NCBI GenBank assembly: GCA_965240325.2
Contig: OZ251224.1
Span: 1,240,001-1,304,000, forward strand
Direction: 5' to 3'
DNA: 64,000 nucleotides
Source: Rebecca billardiae RCC1528
Lineage: Eukaryota > Protista > Haptophyta
This document shows, piece by piece, positions 48,963-61,300 of the stretch (within the stretch, counting starts at the first letter, position 1; each line of letters begins with the position of its first letter). The translations under genes and the position numbers were made by a program. The notes beneath the pieces are model-generated. The model saw nothing but the letters and a program-made list of their open reading frames with translations, was not told where the DNA came from and made no database searches.

Positions 48963-51900
48963 ATGGCGGGCGAACCGGCGCCGGGCGACGGTGCCACGCG
49001 CTCGCCGCCCGAGGCCGCGGATGGGGGCCAGTATGCGCGCAGGGCGTCGCGCAGGCCGACCCTGACGTTCCGGCGCCCCTCGACCGCGGACGGGTACAGC
49101 GCACTCGACCCGTCCAAAGTGAGGCGCCGGCTGTCCCTCCTGCCGGCGCTCGCGATGCAGCGCAAGCAGCGCCAGTCGATCCGGCAGGTGGAGCACGCGG
49201 CCCTCGTCGTCTTCGCGGCGCAGAAGATCTGGCGGTACTGGACGATGCTGCGCGAGCGGCGCACCGAGTCCTGCAAGCCCGACCAGTTCTCACGGTACGA
49301 CGGCGTCGGCACGGCCGACTACGGCTCGATCGTGTTTGAGAAGCACGGCGTGCGCGAGCCCGCGCGGTACATCCGGCTGTGGACGAAGGACACGAGCGAC
49401 ATCGACCGGGTGGTCGGTCTGGTGACGAACGTGTGGGCCGTCCCGCGCGCGCGCGTCGTGATCTCGCTCACCGGCGGCGCGCAGGACCTCAACCTGAAGC
49501 CGCACGTTCACGACGTGATCAACCGCGGGCTGGTGCGCGCCGCGCAGCTCACGCACGCGTGGATCGTGACGGGCGGCACGGACACGGGCGTGATGAAGCT
49601 GGTGGGCGACGCGGTCCGCGACTACCAGGCCAACGTGCCGTGCATCGGCGTCGGGACGTGGGGCGTCACGTACGGGCGCGAGCAGCTCTCGAACAACCGC
49701 GGCGGCGAGCGCTTCTACCGCAAGCTGCGCCGCTCGGACAAGTCGGGCGCGCCGCTGCAGCCGAGCCACACGCACTTCTTGCTCCTGGACTCAGGGCACG
49801 AGGGCAAGGACGCGTGGGGCGGCGAGATCGACTTCCGCATGGAGTTCGAGAAGCGATACTGCGAGCGGTACGGCGTGCCCACCGTGCACGTCGCGATCGG
49901 CGGCGGCGCGGGCACGCTGCGCACCATCAAGGTGGCGGTGCAGACGGGGGTGCCGACGGTGCTCATCACGGACTCGGGCGGCGCGCCCGCCGTGATCGCG
50001 CACTACATGCGCACGGAGGAGCTCGCCGTCGACCCCCGCGGTGAGCGCGGCTTCAAGCCGCCGCCCGACGTCGCGCGCTCGGCGAGCAAGCTGGGCGAGT
50101 GGAAGGAGCAGATGCGCGCGCAGGTGGCAGAGATTGTCGAGCTGAACAAGCACAAGCGCGTGCTCACCGCCTTCTCCGCGCGGCTCGGCGCGGACGTGCA
50201 CTCCAACCTCGACCTGGTGCTGCTCAACGCGATGCTCTTCGACACGGAGGGCAACCTGCGCCAGCACGACGTGCACGAGTCGAAGCAGATGCTGCAGCTC
50301 GCCATCGAGTGGGGGCGCAAGGAGGTCGTGCAGGCGTGGATGGAGAAGAGCCCCACGCTCACCGTCGGCCGCACGTCGGTCGCGCAGCCCGGCCGCGCCG
50401 AGGCGGCGGCGCAGCCGCGCAAGCAGCGCCTGTCGCACGGCGCCGAGCCCGGCGGCACCGCCGGGATGGCCGTCGAGGAGGCGCTGCGCGAGGGCCTGCT
50501 CCTCGCGCTCACGACGTACAAGGCGGACATCGTCGACCTGCTGCTCGGGCAGAACGTGAAGGCGGCCGAGATCGACCTGCTCCAGCTGTGGCACGGCACG
50601 GACATGCGCAACTTCGACGTGCCGATCGAGCAGCTCGAGCGCGGGATGCGGCTGTGGGAGCAGGAGACGCTCGGCGCCACCGCGAAGAAGGTCGACGAGG
50701 CACTGTACGCGCTCTCGTTCCACGCTGGCGGCGGCGCGGCCGGGCGGCGAGCCGGCGGCGGCTGGCTCGGCTGGCTCAGCACGGCCTTTGGGCTGGGCGG
50801 CAGCGGCGGCTCGGCCGAGAGGGGCGGGGATGGGAGCAGCGCCTCCGAGGGCGCGGCGGCGGCGCATCCCGCCGCGCCCTCCCGGCTGAGCACCGAGGAC
50901 CCCGCTGCGGGCTTCGCGAAGAACGGCGGCGCGAACGGCGGCGGCGCGCCGACCGTGGGCGACGTGAGCGCGATGCACGCGGAGCGGCGGCAGCGGCGCA
51001 AGCTCGAGCTGTACCGCAAGTACGTGGTGCCCTTCATCGCGCACACGTTCGACATGCGCGAGCTCAGCGCGCTCTGGCTGCGCCCGAGTACGCGCAGCTG
51101 GCGCGTGCAGGACCTCTTCTACTGGGCGGTGTGCGACCCGCTCGCGGGCGAGCGGCTCGTGCACGTGCTCTGGTGCCACGTCGACGAGCCGATCCGCTCG
51201 GCGCTCGTCGCCAGCCACATGTCGTCCGTGCTCGCGCGGCTCGCGCGGTTCGGCGCGAAGAAGCACGAGGTGCTCGCGCACACGTACGAGTCGTGGGCCG
51301 TCGGCGTGCTCGACCAGTGCCAGAACGAGATCGAGGCGCGCTGGCTGCTGCAGAGACAGTTTGACGAGTGGCCGGCCGAGCGGCGCGGCGGCACGCTCAT
51401 GTCGTTCGCCGTGCGCCGCTCGCGCAAGGCGTTCGTCGCGCACGCGCACGCGCAGGCGACGCTCGACGCGTGGTGGCGCGGCGACATCGTCGAGCGCTTC
51501 GATGCGGAGCGCGGCTTCGGCTCGCGCTGCCTGCTCGACATCGACCCGCCGTTTGTGCGTGTGCTGCTGCACGCCGCCACCTTCACGCTGCTCGGGCTCA
51601 TCGAGATGCAGCCGACGCTCGCCGCCAAGTACCACCACGCGCGCCGGGAGCAGCTCGCGGGCGGGCCGGCCTCGCCCCTCTCGCCGCTGCGCCGCGGCAA
51701 GGGCCCGGTCCACCGCAGCGCCACGCAGCACTGGCACAACATCTTCCTGCTCGACACGTGGCGCGACATCGATCCGCCCAAGGTGGGCTGGTGGGCCGAG
51801 TTCCGCGACTTTTACGCCGCGCCCAAGACGAAGTTTGTGCTGCGCACCACGATGTACGTGTGCTTCCTCGCGCTGTACGCGGCCGTGCTCGTGGGCGACG

Positions 51901-53783
51901 ACGGCAAGCCCGACCTCACGTACATGGAGCTCGGCTTCTACGTGTGGGCGCTCTCACACGCGGTGGACGAGGCGCAGCAGCTCGCAGTCAACCTCGACCA
52001 CGACGAGCAGCACTTTGGCGACGAGGGCTGGAACGTGATCGACGCGATCATGTTCTGGGCGCTCTTCCCGATCGCGATCGCGCTGCGCGTGGCCGCGCGC
52101 GTCACGTGCTGCGCGCAGCCGCAGCGCTCGATCGAGCACGACCCGCTCGGCCACTCGCTCGCCACCGAGTGTACGTGCGAGCCCGCGGCGCTCGCGCGCC
52201 TCATCCTCGCGGTGAACGCGGTGCTCTGCTTCGTGCGCTTCCTCGCCAACTACCGCGTGCACAAGCGGCTGGGCGTGCTGATCCACGTGATCTTCACGAT
52301 GCTCTCGGACGTGCAGGTGTTCGTGTACATCCTCTCCGTCGTCGTCTGCGGCTTCGCGCTCGCGTTCGGCGGGATCGCGCCGCCGCGCATGCTGCGTCTG
52401 CACGGCGACGCGTCGAGCCCGTTCCTCATCCCGATCTGGTCCGCGTTCGACCTGCCCGACATCGACCAGCTCACCGAGCCCGAGCACTCGGAGGCGCCGT
52501 TCCTCGGGATGGCGCTGCTCGCCGTCTATCTCTTCGTCGCGCAGATCCTGCTGGTCAACCTGCTGATCGCGATGATGAACTCGTCGTACGCCAAGGCGCA
52601 GCACTCGAGCGAGGAGGAGTGGGCGGCGTCGCGCGCGACCAGCGTGATGGAGCTGCGCATGCTGCTGCCGTGCCCGCCGCCCTTCTCGCTGCCGTACCTC
52701 GGCCTCCTGCTGCTCGCGCAGCTCGGGCGCAACTGCCTCGCGCGCTGCGGCCTCGCCGAGCGGCTGCGCTCGCGCCCGCAGCGCGCGCGGCTCGGCAGCC
52801 TGATCGACGCGGACGACACGGGCGAGCGCAAGAGGCGCTACTTCAAGTTCCTGCACGACTTCCTCGAGGAGCAGCAGCGGCGGCACACCTCGAGCATCGA
52901 CCAGCGGATGATCGCGCTGCGCGAGGACGTCGACCGGCTCGCGTCGATGCTCGAGACCGCCGCGGCCGACCGCGCCGACTCCAAGGTGCTCATCGACCGC
53001 GTGGACGCGCGGCTGGAGGCGAGCCTGCCGGCGGCGGCGCTGCAGACGGCGCGCTCGAGCATGGCGGCGCGCGCGTCCACCGCCGCGCTCGGCGCGTCGG
53101 AGCGCGGCCAGCAGGCGCTCTTCGAGCGAAGGGTGGCCAGCCCGGGCAGCTCGCCGCTGCCCGCCGGTCGGTTGGAGTCCGATCCGGCCGCCTCGCCCGC
53201 GGAGGCGGCCCTCGCGTCGCGCGTGCGCGCCCTCGAGGCTCGCGAGGCCGAGCTGCTGGCTCAGCTCGACACGGCGCGGCAGCAAGCGGCGGAGGCGACG
53301 GGTGCGCCGCGCGGCCAGCCAGCCATCTCGCTTGATGAGCGGCTGGCCGCCATCGCCTCGCCAGCCGGCTCTTCGCGCTCGGGCTCGTCGCTGAGCCAAC
53401 GGCCGGCGCGCCCGGGCCCGCCGCCGCACGCCACGCCCCTCTCCGCGGCTCTGTCCGGCGACGCGGATGGCGCGCCGTCTCCTGCGCGCAACAACTCGCG
53501 ACCGCGCACGGCGCCGCGCCCTGCAGGCGACGCGCGCGAGCCGCTGTGGCGAGAGCTGCCCGCCGTGGGCACGAGCAGCCGCTCCGACCACAGGCCCAAC
53601 CGTGCGCCGCCAGCATCCTCCCGCTCGCCGCCGCCCGACGCCAGAGGCCCGCCGAGCGCGAGACGCGAGGGGGCGCTTCGGCCTGCCCAGCCGCCTCGCC
53701 GGCCCGCGGCACGGCCGGGCGACCGCGACGTGCCGCCACGGCCGGGGCAAGGACGCCCATCGTACGGCGACAACTACCTGTAA
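48963..53783 (+). CDS. TRPM-like cation channel with SLOG (MHR1/2) domain, paralog 2
   Basis: Same motif set as paralog 1: ISLTGGAQDL, AWIVTGGTDTGVMKLVG, HTHFLLLD, FYAAPKTKF, ILLVNLLIAMMNSSY and PPPFS. IQ-like AAQKIWRYW. Confidence 0.92.
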   Translation: MAGEPAPGDGATRSPPEAADGGQYARRASRRPTLTFRRPSTADGYSALDPSKVRRRLSLLPALAMQRKQRQSIRQVEHAALVVFAAQKIWRYWTMLRERRTESCKPDQFSRYDGVGTADYGSIVFEKHGVREPARYIRLWTKDTSDIDRVVGLVTNVWAVPRARVVISLTGGAQDLNLKPHVHDVINRGLVRAAQLTHAWIVTGGTDTGVMKLVGDAVRDYQANVPCIGVGTWGVTYGREQLSNNRGGERFYRKLRRSDKSGAPLQPSHTHFLLLDSGHEGKDAWGGEIDFRMEFEKRYCERYGVPTVHVAIGGGAGTLRTIKVAVQTGVPTVLITDSGGAPAVIAHYMRTEELAVDPRGERGFKPPPDVARSASKLGEWKEQMRAQVAEIVELNKHKRVLTAFSARLGADVHSNLDLVLLNAMLFDTEGNLRQHDVHESKQMLQLAIEWGRKEVVQAWMEKSPTLTVGRTSVAQPGRAEAAAQPRKQRLSHGAEPGGTAGMAVEEALREGLLLALTTYKADIVDLLLGQNVKAAEIDLLQLWHGTDMRNFDVPIEQLERGMRLWEQETLGATAKKVDEALYALSFHAGGGAAGRRAGGGWLGWLSTAFGLGGSGGSAERGGDGSSASEGAAAAHPAAPSRLSTEDPAAGFAKNGGANGGGAPTVGDVSAMHAERRQRRKLELYRKYVVPFIAHTFDMRELSALWLRPSTRSWRVQDLFYWAVCDPLAGERLVHVLWCHVDEPIRSALVASHMSSVLARLARFGAKKHEVLAHTYESWAVGVLDQCQNEIEARWLLQRQFDEWPAERRGGTLMSFAVRRSRKAFVAHAHAQATLDAWWRGDIVERFDAERGFGSRCLLDIDPPFVRVLLHAATFTLLGLIEMQPTLAAKYHHARREQLAGGPASPLSPLRRGKGPVHRSATQHWHNIFLLDTWRDIDPPKVGWWAEFRDFYAAPKTKFVLRTTMYVCFLALYAAVLVGDDGKPDLTYMELGFYVWALSHAVDEAQQLAVNLDHDEQHFGDEGWNVIDAIMFWALFPIAIALRVAARVTCCAQPQRSIEHDPLGHSLATECTCEPAALARLILAVNAVLCFVRFLANYRVHKRLGVLIHVIFTMLSDVQVFVYILSVVVCGFALAFGGIAPPRMLRLHGDASSPFLIPIWSAFDLPDIDQLTEPEHSEAPFLGMALLAVYLFVAQILLVNLLIAMMNSSYAKAQHSSEEEWAASRATSVMELRMLLPCPPPFSLPYLGLLLLAQLGRNCLARCGLAERLRSRPQRARLGSLIDADDTGERKRRYFKFLHDFLEEQQRRHTSSIDQRMIALREDVDRLASMLETAAADRADSKVLIDRVDARLEASLPAAALQTARSSMAARASTAALGASERGQQALFERRVASPGSSPLPAGRLESDPAASPAEAALASRVRALEAREAELLAQLDTARQQAAEATGAPRGQPAISLDERLAAIASPAGSSRSGSSLSQRPARPGPPPHATPLSAALSGDADGAPSPARNNSRPRTAPRPAGDAREPLWRELPAVGTSSRSDHRPNRAPPASSRSPPPDARGPPSARREGALRPAQPPRRPAARPGDRDVPPRPGQGRPSYGDNYL

Positions 53784-54047
53784 CTATACGAGCAGCCGCG
53801 TTGCGACGCGCAACGCTGCACAGTGCTCTAAGCTCGCTCTGACCGTGTCGTAGTCTTTCGGTGTAGTGACCGGACGCGAGTCACTACGGTAGACTCACTC
53901 ACTCTACGACAGCGCAGTAGTACTGAGTCTGATACTACTGATTGATGACGCGACTATATGATGATCGCGACTTGACTCTGCGCTGACGCGTCTTGACTAA
54001 CAGTTTACTACAAGAATAAGAGACGCACACAGCTCACGGGCAGGCGA

Positions 54048-54190
54048 ATATATATATATATATATATATAGATATATAGATATAGATATAGATATATAGA
54101 TATAGATATAGATATAGATATAGATATAGATATAGATATAGATATAGATATAGATATAGATATAGATATAGATATAGATATAGATATAGA
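54048..54190. repeat. (TA)n then (TATAGA)n microsatellite
   Basis: Seen directly. Confidence 0.97.
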
Positions 54191-54637
54191 CTCTATACGC
54201 ACTAGACTGTCCATGACGTCACTACGGACTGTACTCAATCGGCTACTCATCTACGGTCTCGCTAGCTAGAGCCTAGACATCACAATAAGTCATCACGATG
54301 ACGACAGCGCGCCATATTGACGCGACGACCGGCGGACGCCGCGGACGTCACGAGACTACATCACGCGATGAATCCGCCTTTATTATACTGCTTATTGCGC
54401 GCATCAGCCGAGCATCATGCGCCGTACTGCTGCTAGATATACTGCTCTATTAAGCTGCGCGCTGCTGATATGATATATCGATCATCGCACGACTAGCTAT
54501 CGATGCGCTGCGATACGAGGAGGCCCATCAACTCACCTGCCAGTGATGGCGCCGCGGCCGCCACCGGCGGCCGGACGAGCCGCGGCGGAGAATAGGGTGC
54601 TAGATGAGTAGCTTAGATATGGCTTATAGTAGTACGC

Positions 54638-57600
54638 TCATTGCGCGGCGGGCCGTCCGTGGTCGCGTCCGAGACGTGGCCAGGGCGACGGCGTGCGTCG
54701 CCGGGCGAGCGTTGTGCTGCGCATGTCCTCGAGCACGTAGACCCACCTCTGGCACGAGGGCGGCATCGGCGTGGTGAAGTCCCAGCCGCACCTCTGCAGC
54801 AGGAGCTTCACGGCCAGCGCGCACACGAGCGCGGCCGCGATGATGGACATGCCGGCGAGCGCGGGCACGAGCATGCGCGCGTCGTCGACGTAGCTGAGGC
54901 TCGCGCCGAGGCGCGGGGCGAGCATGACGCCCGCGCTCGCGCCCGCGGCGATCAGCAGGCAGTGCGCGGCGTAGAAGAGCCAGCGCTCCGCCACCCGCTT
55001 GCGCACGTCGCCCTTCGCCGAGAGCGCGAGCTCGGTGGCCGAGATCGTGCGCCGGCGGCCGGCGGAGCGCGTGAGCGCGTCCATGGCGGCCACGCACACC
55101 GAGGCGAGGACGAAGAGGGACAGCCCTATGATCGGCGCGAGCAGCATGGCGCGCGCGCTCGGGCCGAACTCCTGCTCGCGCCAGCGGTGCCGCTCGCCCG
55201 CCGCCGGGAGGGCGACGGCGAGCAGCGCGCCGCTCACGCACAGCACCGCGGCCAGCCCCCAGCGGCCGCCCGCGGCGCGCGCGACGTAGAGCGCGCACAT
55301 CACGTGCGCGCCGATGTGCGCGCCGTCGCCGATGTGCGCGCGCTCCTCGAGCGCCGCGTTCTTCGCGCGGAAGAAGCCGGCGATCGCGCCCGCGCCCACG
55401 CCGATCGAGATGGCGAGCATCAGCTGCAGCCCGGTGGAGACGCACGAGAAGGTGGTGCGCGCCGTCATGCCGAGCGCGCGCACGCCGAGCGCGGTGAGCG
55501 CGGCGATGGCCGCGCCGAGCAGCATGTCCACCGCCGCGCCCTCGCGCGCCACGAGGTCGGGCAGGTGCAGCGAGATGTCGAAGCCGAGCCCCGCGCCGAG
55601 CAGCCCCGCCATCGACGTGACCATCAGCGAGATGTCGCACGCGACCGGCGCGCGCACCGCAAACGCGCGCGCCTGCCGCAGCCACTCGGTCTGCTGCCGA
55701 CCGAGCGCGGGCAGCGCGGCTTGCGCGCCCGCTCTCTCCGCGCTGAGGCAGCGCGACACCAGCCGCTGCGCCGCCTCGTGCACGAGCACCGCGCTGATGA
55801 ACGCGACCGGCATCGCGATCGCGACGCCGGTCGAGCGCGCGCCGACCGAGCGGCCGACTGTTGCGCCCGACGCCGCGCCCATCGCGCCGCCGAGCAGCGT
55901 GCCAATCACGATGCCGGCCTGCAGGGCGGGCGGGAGGTCCTGCTCGCTGTCCGCCTCGGCCCAGCCCTCGCGCTGCTCGTCGTCGATGGGCAGGCGGCGC
56001 CACAGCACGTGCTGCGCGCCCAGCGCGCCCAGGGCCGTCGGCTGCGCCGGCGTCTGCTGCTGCTGCGGCTGCTTGCCCTCGTCGTCCGCGGGCCGCGGCG
56101 GGTTGTACGCGGTCGTCCACCACATCTGCAGCAGGTCGACGGTGGCGATGGTGGAGGCGAGCGCCTCGCGCCACGCCGACGTGCCGCGCGTCATCACGCG
56201 CCGGTGGTGCTCGGCGATCACCGCGATGATCAGGTTGAGCATCAGCACGGAGATGAGGAACGTGAACCCGAAGAAGAGCGCCATGTCGATCGCGTCGCCC
56301 TCAAAGTTGTCCAGGTCAAACTCGCCGAGCAGCATCCCCCACGCGGAGAGCAGCACAGAGTTGAGGTTGGAGAAGTCGTCGGTCGCCTCGCAGATCGGCG
56401 CGTCGAGCGTGCCGTTTGGCAGGCGCGCCACCTGCCACTCGCACGGCCGCGGGTCGTTGCGGTCCTCCCACCACTGGCGCGAGGGCTCAGAGAGGCGCAC
56501 GAAGAGCGCCAGCCCAAACGAGAAGATGATCAGCAGCATCACCTGGGCGAGGGCGCACGCGCGCACGAGGCGCGGCGCGGGGCATCAGGCGCTCGGGCGC
56601 GCGGGCAGCGGCCCCGCGGCCCCGCGCGCGCTCGCGGCCTCCCTCGCCCCCCCTCGGCCTCCCCGCGCGCCGGCTTCGCGCGCGCACCAGCACGAAGTGG
56701 TAGAGCTCCCTGAAGACGCGGATGACCATGTTGACTATCTCCGCCATGCCCGGCAGCACGCGCACCACGCCCAGGAAGCGGAAGCCGAGCATCACAACGC
56801 CCGCCGCCGCGGCGGGCGAGGTGTTCGGGTGGTGGCCGTCGCCGTTGATCACCACGCACGACGCCGGCATCGGCAGCCGGTCGTTCTCGCCGTTGCACTG
56901 CAGGTAGAGCGTCGCGGCGACCGTGGTCGCGCCCACGAGCAGCCAGTTGAACACCGAGGTCGGGTCTGCGAACAGGTAGGAGCGGACGGAGCCCGTCTCG
57001 CGCGTCCACAGCCGCCAGAGCGTGAGCTCGCGCACGAGGAGGAGCGAGTTGAGCCCGACCGTGAGCTTCGCGCTGAACGTCGCCGCGTCCTCCACGTGGC
57101 GCAGCATGAAGACCCGCCGGAAGAGCAGCACCTCCTCCCGGTCTCTGAACACGGACAGCACCAGGAAGCACAGGTACGCCCAGATGTACAGCCACACGAA
57201 GCAGTACTCGATCAGCCAGAACTTGCACGCGTACGCGTGCCACTTCGCGTCGATCAGCGCGACCACCGCCGGCGCGCGCAGGAGCTGCTCGCTCGCGCTC
57301 GACGCGACGAGCAGCGGCAGCAGCTCGCGGCACGCGAGCGCGTCCGCGATGCCGACGCGCAGCGCGCGCACGGGCGTGGACGCGCGTTGGTCGCCCTCCG
57401 CCTCGTCCACGCGCTGCACCGCCCACTGGCGCGGCGGGTCGCGCAGCGCGCCCGTGCGCGTGAGGAAGCTGCGCCGCGGCACGCACGCCGCCACGCCGAG
57501 CAGCTCGAGCGCCGCGTCGAGCGTGCGCGAGATCGAGCGCGCCGAGCGCAGCACCCACCACTGGTCCATCTCGTGCGCCTCGCCCGGCCACAGCGCCGGG

Positions 57601-58269
57601 TGTGCGCGCTCGAGCCCGAGCTCGTCGAGGAAGGTGGCGAGGAGGAAGGGGTACGTGCGCTGGAGGAGGAGCAGGTCGGTGACGTGGAGCGCGCTCGAGA
57701 GCGAGTGCGACTTGTTCTTGAGCGACACCATGTACGAGAGCAGCAGCTGCACCGACGGCCGGTCCTTGCGCTGCACGGCCAGCTTGAGCGCCGCGCACCC
57801 GTGCCGCCCGCCGTCGCGCGGCTCGACCAGCAAGAAGGGCTGGCCCCAGTCGCACGCGGCGTTGACGCAGAGCAGCTGGCGCAGGACGCGGTGGTTGCGC
57901 GAGTCGATCGCGCGCATCACGAGCGCGTGCGCGTTGCTCGCGAGCCGCGTGCCCCACAGCGGCGTCAGCTCCGCCCACCAGTGGTCGGTCGAGAGGTCCT
58001 CGACCGCAAACGGCGGCACGCTCGGCCGCGGACGCGTGTCCTCCTCCTCCTCGTCCTCGGCCGAGCGCGCCAACGGGCCGCCGCCGCCGGGCGCGCCCGC
58101 GGAGGCCTCGTGCTCGTGCGAGCGCGAGCTCGGGCGCGGCGGCTGCTGCTCGTTCAGCCAGCGCTCGAGCTGCTCGCGACCCCAGCGCAGCTCGAACGCG
58201 GCGCGCGCCATGCGCGGCCGCGCGCGCGGCGCGCGCTGCCCCGCGCTCGCCTCGCCGCCTCGGCCAGCC

Positions 58270-58303
<34 letters not shown>

Positions 58304-61300
58304 CGGACTCGAGCGGGCCCGAGCCGAGGAAGAGCGTCTCGATCTTCTCCTTGTGCGTCTCCGCCTCGTCCTCGGCCGCGCCCTCGGCCGCGCCGGGCTC
58401 GTCGCCGTGCTGCGCGCTCGCGTCGTGCTCGAGCGGCGGGTCGAAGCGGCGGATGCTCGAGCCGTTGCGCGCGCACCACTCGAGCGGCCACGTGCGCAGC
58501 GCGCCGTCGCTGCCGCCCGAGATGATCTGCTGCACGCCGCCCTGGTGCGACGTCGGCGCGAAGCCGAGGCAGTTCACGTCGAGCGCGGTGTGCGCCGCCT
58601 GAATGCTCTGCGTGCGCCGCTTGAGCGTCCACCCGGCCTGCTGGTCGTGGAGCAGGTCCCACAGCCGCACGTTGCCGTCCGCGCCGCCCGAGAGGACGAG
58701 GTGGCGCGGCGGGTTGAAGCCGGGCGCCGCGCTCCCCTCCGCCACGCTCGCCGCCGCCGCCCTGTGCGCGGGCGCCGCGTCCTCGAGCGGCACCTCGTCG
58801 AGGGGCGAGACAGAGACGCACTTCACGTCAGAGCCGCCGTGCGCGTCGCGGAACTCGAAGAGGCGCTCGAGCTCGAGCGCGCGGCCGGCGCCGTTCTGCC
58901 CGGCGGAGCGGCTGAAGCGCAGCCGCCACACGCTCAGGCTGGCGGCGGTCGGCCGCGCCGGGCCGGCGGCCACCATGATCTCGTGCCCGCGCGCGGCGAG
59001 CTGCGGGTCTGAGACGAGCGCCATCGCGTGCAGCGCGCCGCCCTCCACCACGGCCCGCTCCGGGAGCTGCGTGAGCGTGCGCGCGTCCCACAGCACGAGC
59101 GAGCCGTTGGGCGTGCCGCCGGCGTCGCCCGCCGCGGGCAGCCCGTCCGCAGACGAGATGAGCACCGGCACCTCCCGCCCCGCCGAGCCCCAGCCGCGAG
59201 GGTGCACGATCATCGCGAGCGGCGGCAGCGCGCGGCCGCGCTCCGGCCCGCCGTGGGCCTTGAAGCTGATGACTGTCGGCTGCGGCGCGAGCTTGAGGTC
59301 GGGCTTCTCGTCGCCGCCGCGCGCCTCGCGCCTGAAGCGGTACACCGAGCCGTCCTCGTTCCCCGTGAACAGCGCGGAGCCGTCGGGCATGAACGCCGCG
59401 CAGCGCGGGCTGATCACTTCGGCCGGCCTCTGCCCTGGCGCGAGCTTGGCCACCCGGGGCACGTGCAGGGGGAGCGGGCAGAACACCCTGTCGACGAGCC
59501 TGAGCCGCGGGCTCGGCCCGTCGGCGATGGCCCACTGCTTGATCGTGCCGTCCGTCCCGCACGTGAAGATCATGCCGGCGTGCCGCTCGGCCTCCTCGGG
59601 CTCGCCCCCGCTCGCCCACACGGCGATCGCGCTCACCGAGCCCTGCTCAGACAGCAGCGTCGAGTCCTGGCCCCACGCGATCCACTCGGACATCGAGTCG
59701 ACGTCGGGGCGGAACTTGACCATGTGCTTCTCGAGCGCGACCGAGTCGACCGCCACGCTCGTGCTCGCCAGCTTGTGGACCGTCGACTCGGAGTGCTGCT
59801 TGGTGGGCAAGTCCCCTTCGAAGCCGCGAGCGGCGTGCAGCACGGTCGCGACCTCGCGCGCGGCCGTGTCGTACGACCAGCGGCGGATCACACCATCGTT
59901 GCCGCCGCTGACGAGGAGCACGCCGTCGGCCGAGCACGCGAGCGCGAAGATCGCGTGCGCGATCACCTCGTCCGCCTGCGCGCTCGCCTCGCGCACCACC
60001 TCGGCGGCGGTGGGCTTGCTGAACGAGGTGCGCAGCCGCTCCTTGAGCTGCGGCGTCGTGGGCGGCCGCGCGGCCGGGTGCAGGTGCTGGATGTGCCCGT
60101 GCGCGAGCGGCCTGCCCGAGCGCCGGATGATCTCCCACTCGGAGATGGGCACGCGCGCGGCGTGCGCGCGCTCGCTCCGCAGCCCGGCGTGCGGGTGCTC
60201 CTTCGGCCGCCGGTCCGGCCGGGGCCTGCGCATCAGGCGCCACGCGGTTAGCGTGCCCACGTCGTCGCCCGTCACGATGCCGCCCGAAGGCGTGGCGCAC
60301 AGGGCGCGCACGCCGTCGTCCGACTTGTAGTAGTTGTAGTTGTCCACCTTGCGCGTGAGCTCCTTGATGGCGAGCTCGGCCACCCCACCCTCGTCACCCT
60401 CGCCCTCGATCTTTGCACGCTCCATGTCGTGCAGGCTCCACGTGAGCACACGCCCCGCAGAGTCGCCGGCGATCAGCCGGCCCTGCGCGACCGCGCTGCC
60501 CAGGCTGCTCGGCTGGTCCTCGTCGTGCTGGCGCCACGTCGCGCTGGCCCACGCCGAGCCCGGCATCCACGCGAGCGAGGTGATGTACACGCCCTTGGCC
60601 ACGCGGCAGTGGTACAGCCGCTCGAGGCAGTGCCCACCGCTCGGGCGCGGCGGCTGCAGTTTCCACGCGATCACGCGGCCGTCGCGGCCGGTGCTGAAGA
60701 CCTGCTGCGCGCTCTGCGCCCTCGGCCCACCCTCGCGCGCGCCGAGGGCGGGCTGCGCGCTCTGCGCGCGCTGCAGAGCGTCGCCAAGGGCGATGCACAT
60801 CACCACGCCGCCGTGCACAGACGCCGACTCGTGCGCCACGCCCAGGGGCGCGAGGTCGTCGAGCGACCAGCAGCGCAGCACGCCGTCCATGCCGCCGGAG
60901 AGGACCAGCTGCTTGCCGCCGCCCAACTCGCCGGGCGTGACGGCGACGCAGAGCACGGAGGTGACGCCGTGTGCGCCGTCGCGCGCGCAGTGCAGCTGCC
61001 CCGTCGCCATGTCGTGCACGGCGATCGAGCCGTCGGCGCCACCCGACACGATCCAGTCCGAGACCGCCGTGTAGGCCGAGCTCTCCCGCGCCTCCTCCTT
61101 GCGCACGATCGAGATCGCGGTGACCGAAGAGCCGCGGTGCGGCTTGTGCCCACGGAGCTCCTGGCGGTGCTGCTTGAGCTTCTGGAGGAACTCGATATCG
61201 TCGCGCTCGAACCCCGTGTCCTTGACGCTGATGTCGCCGAAGAGGGCTGGAAGGAACTTCTTGCCCGTCTCCGGATCGATCTCCGATTTGAGCGCATCGT

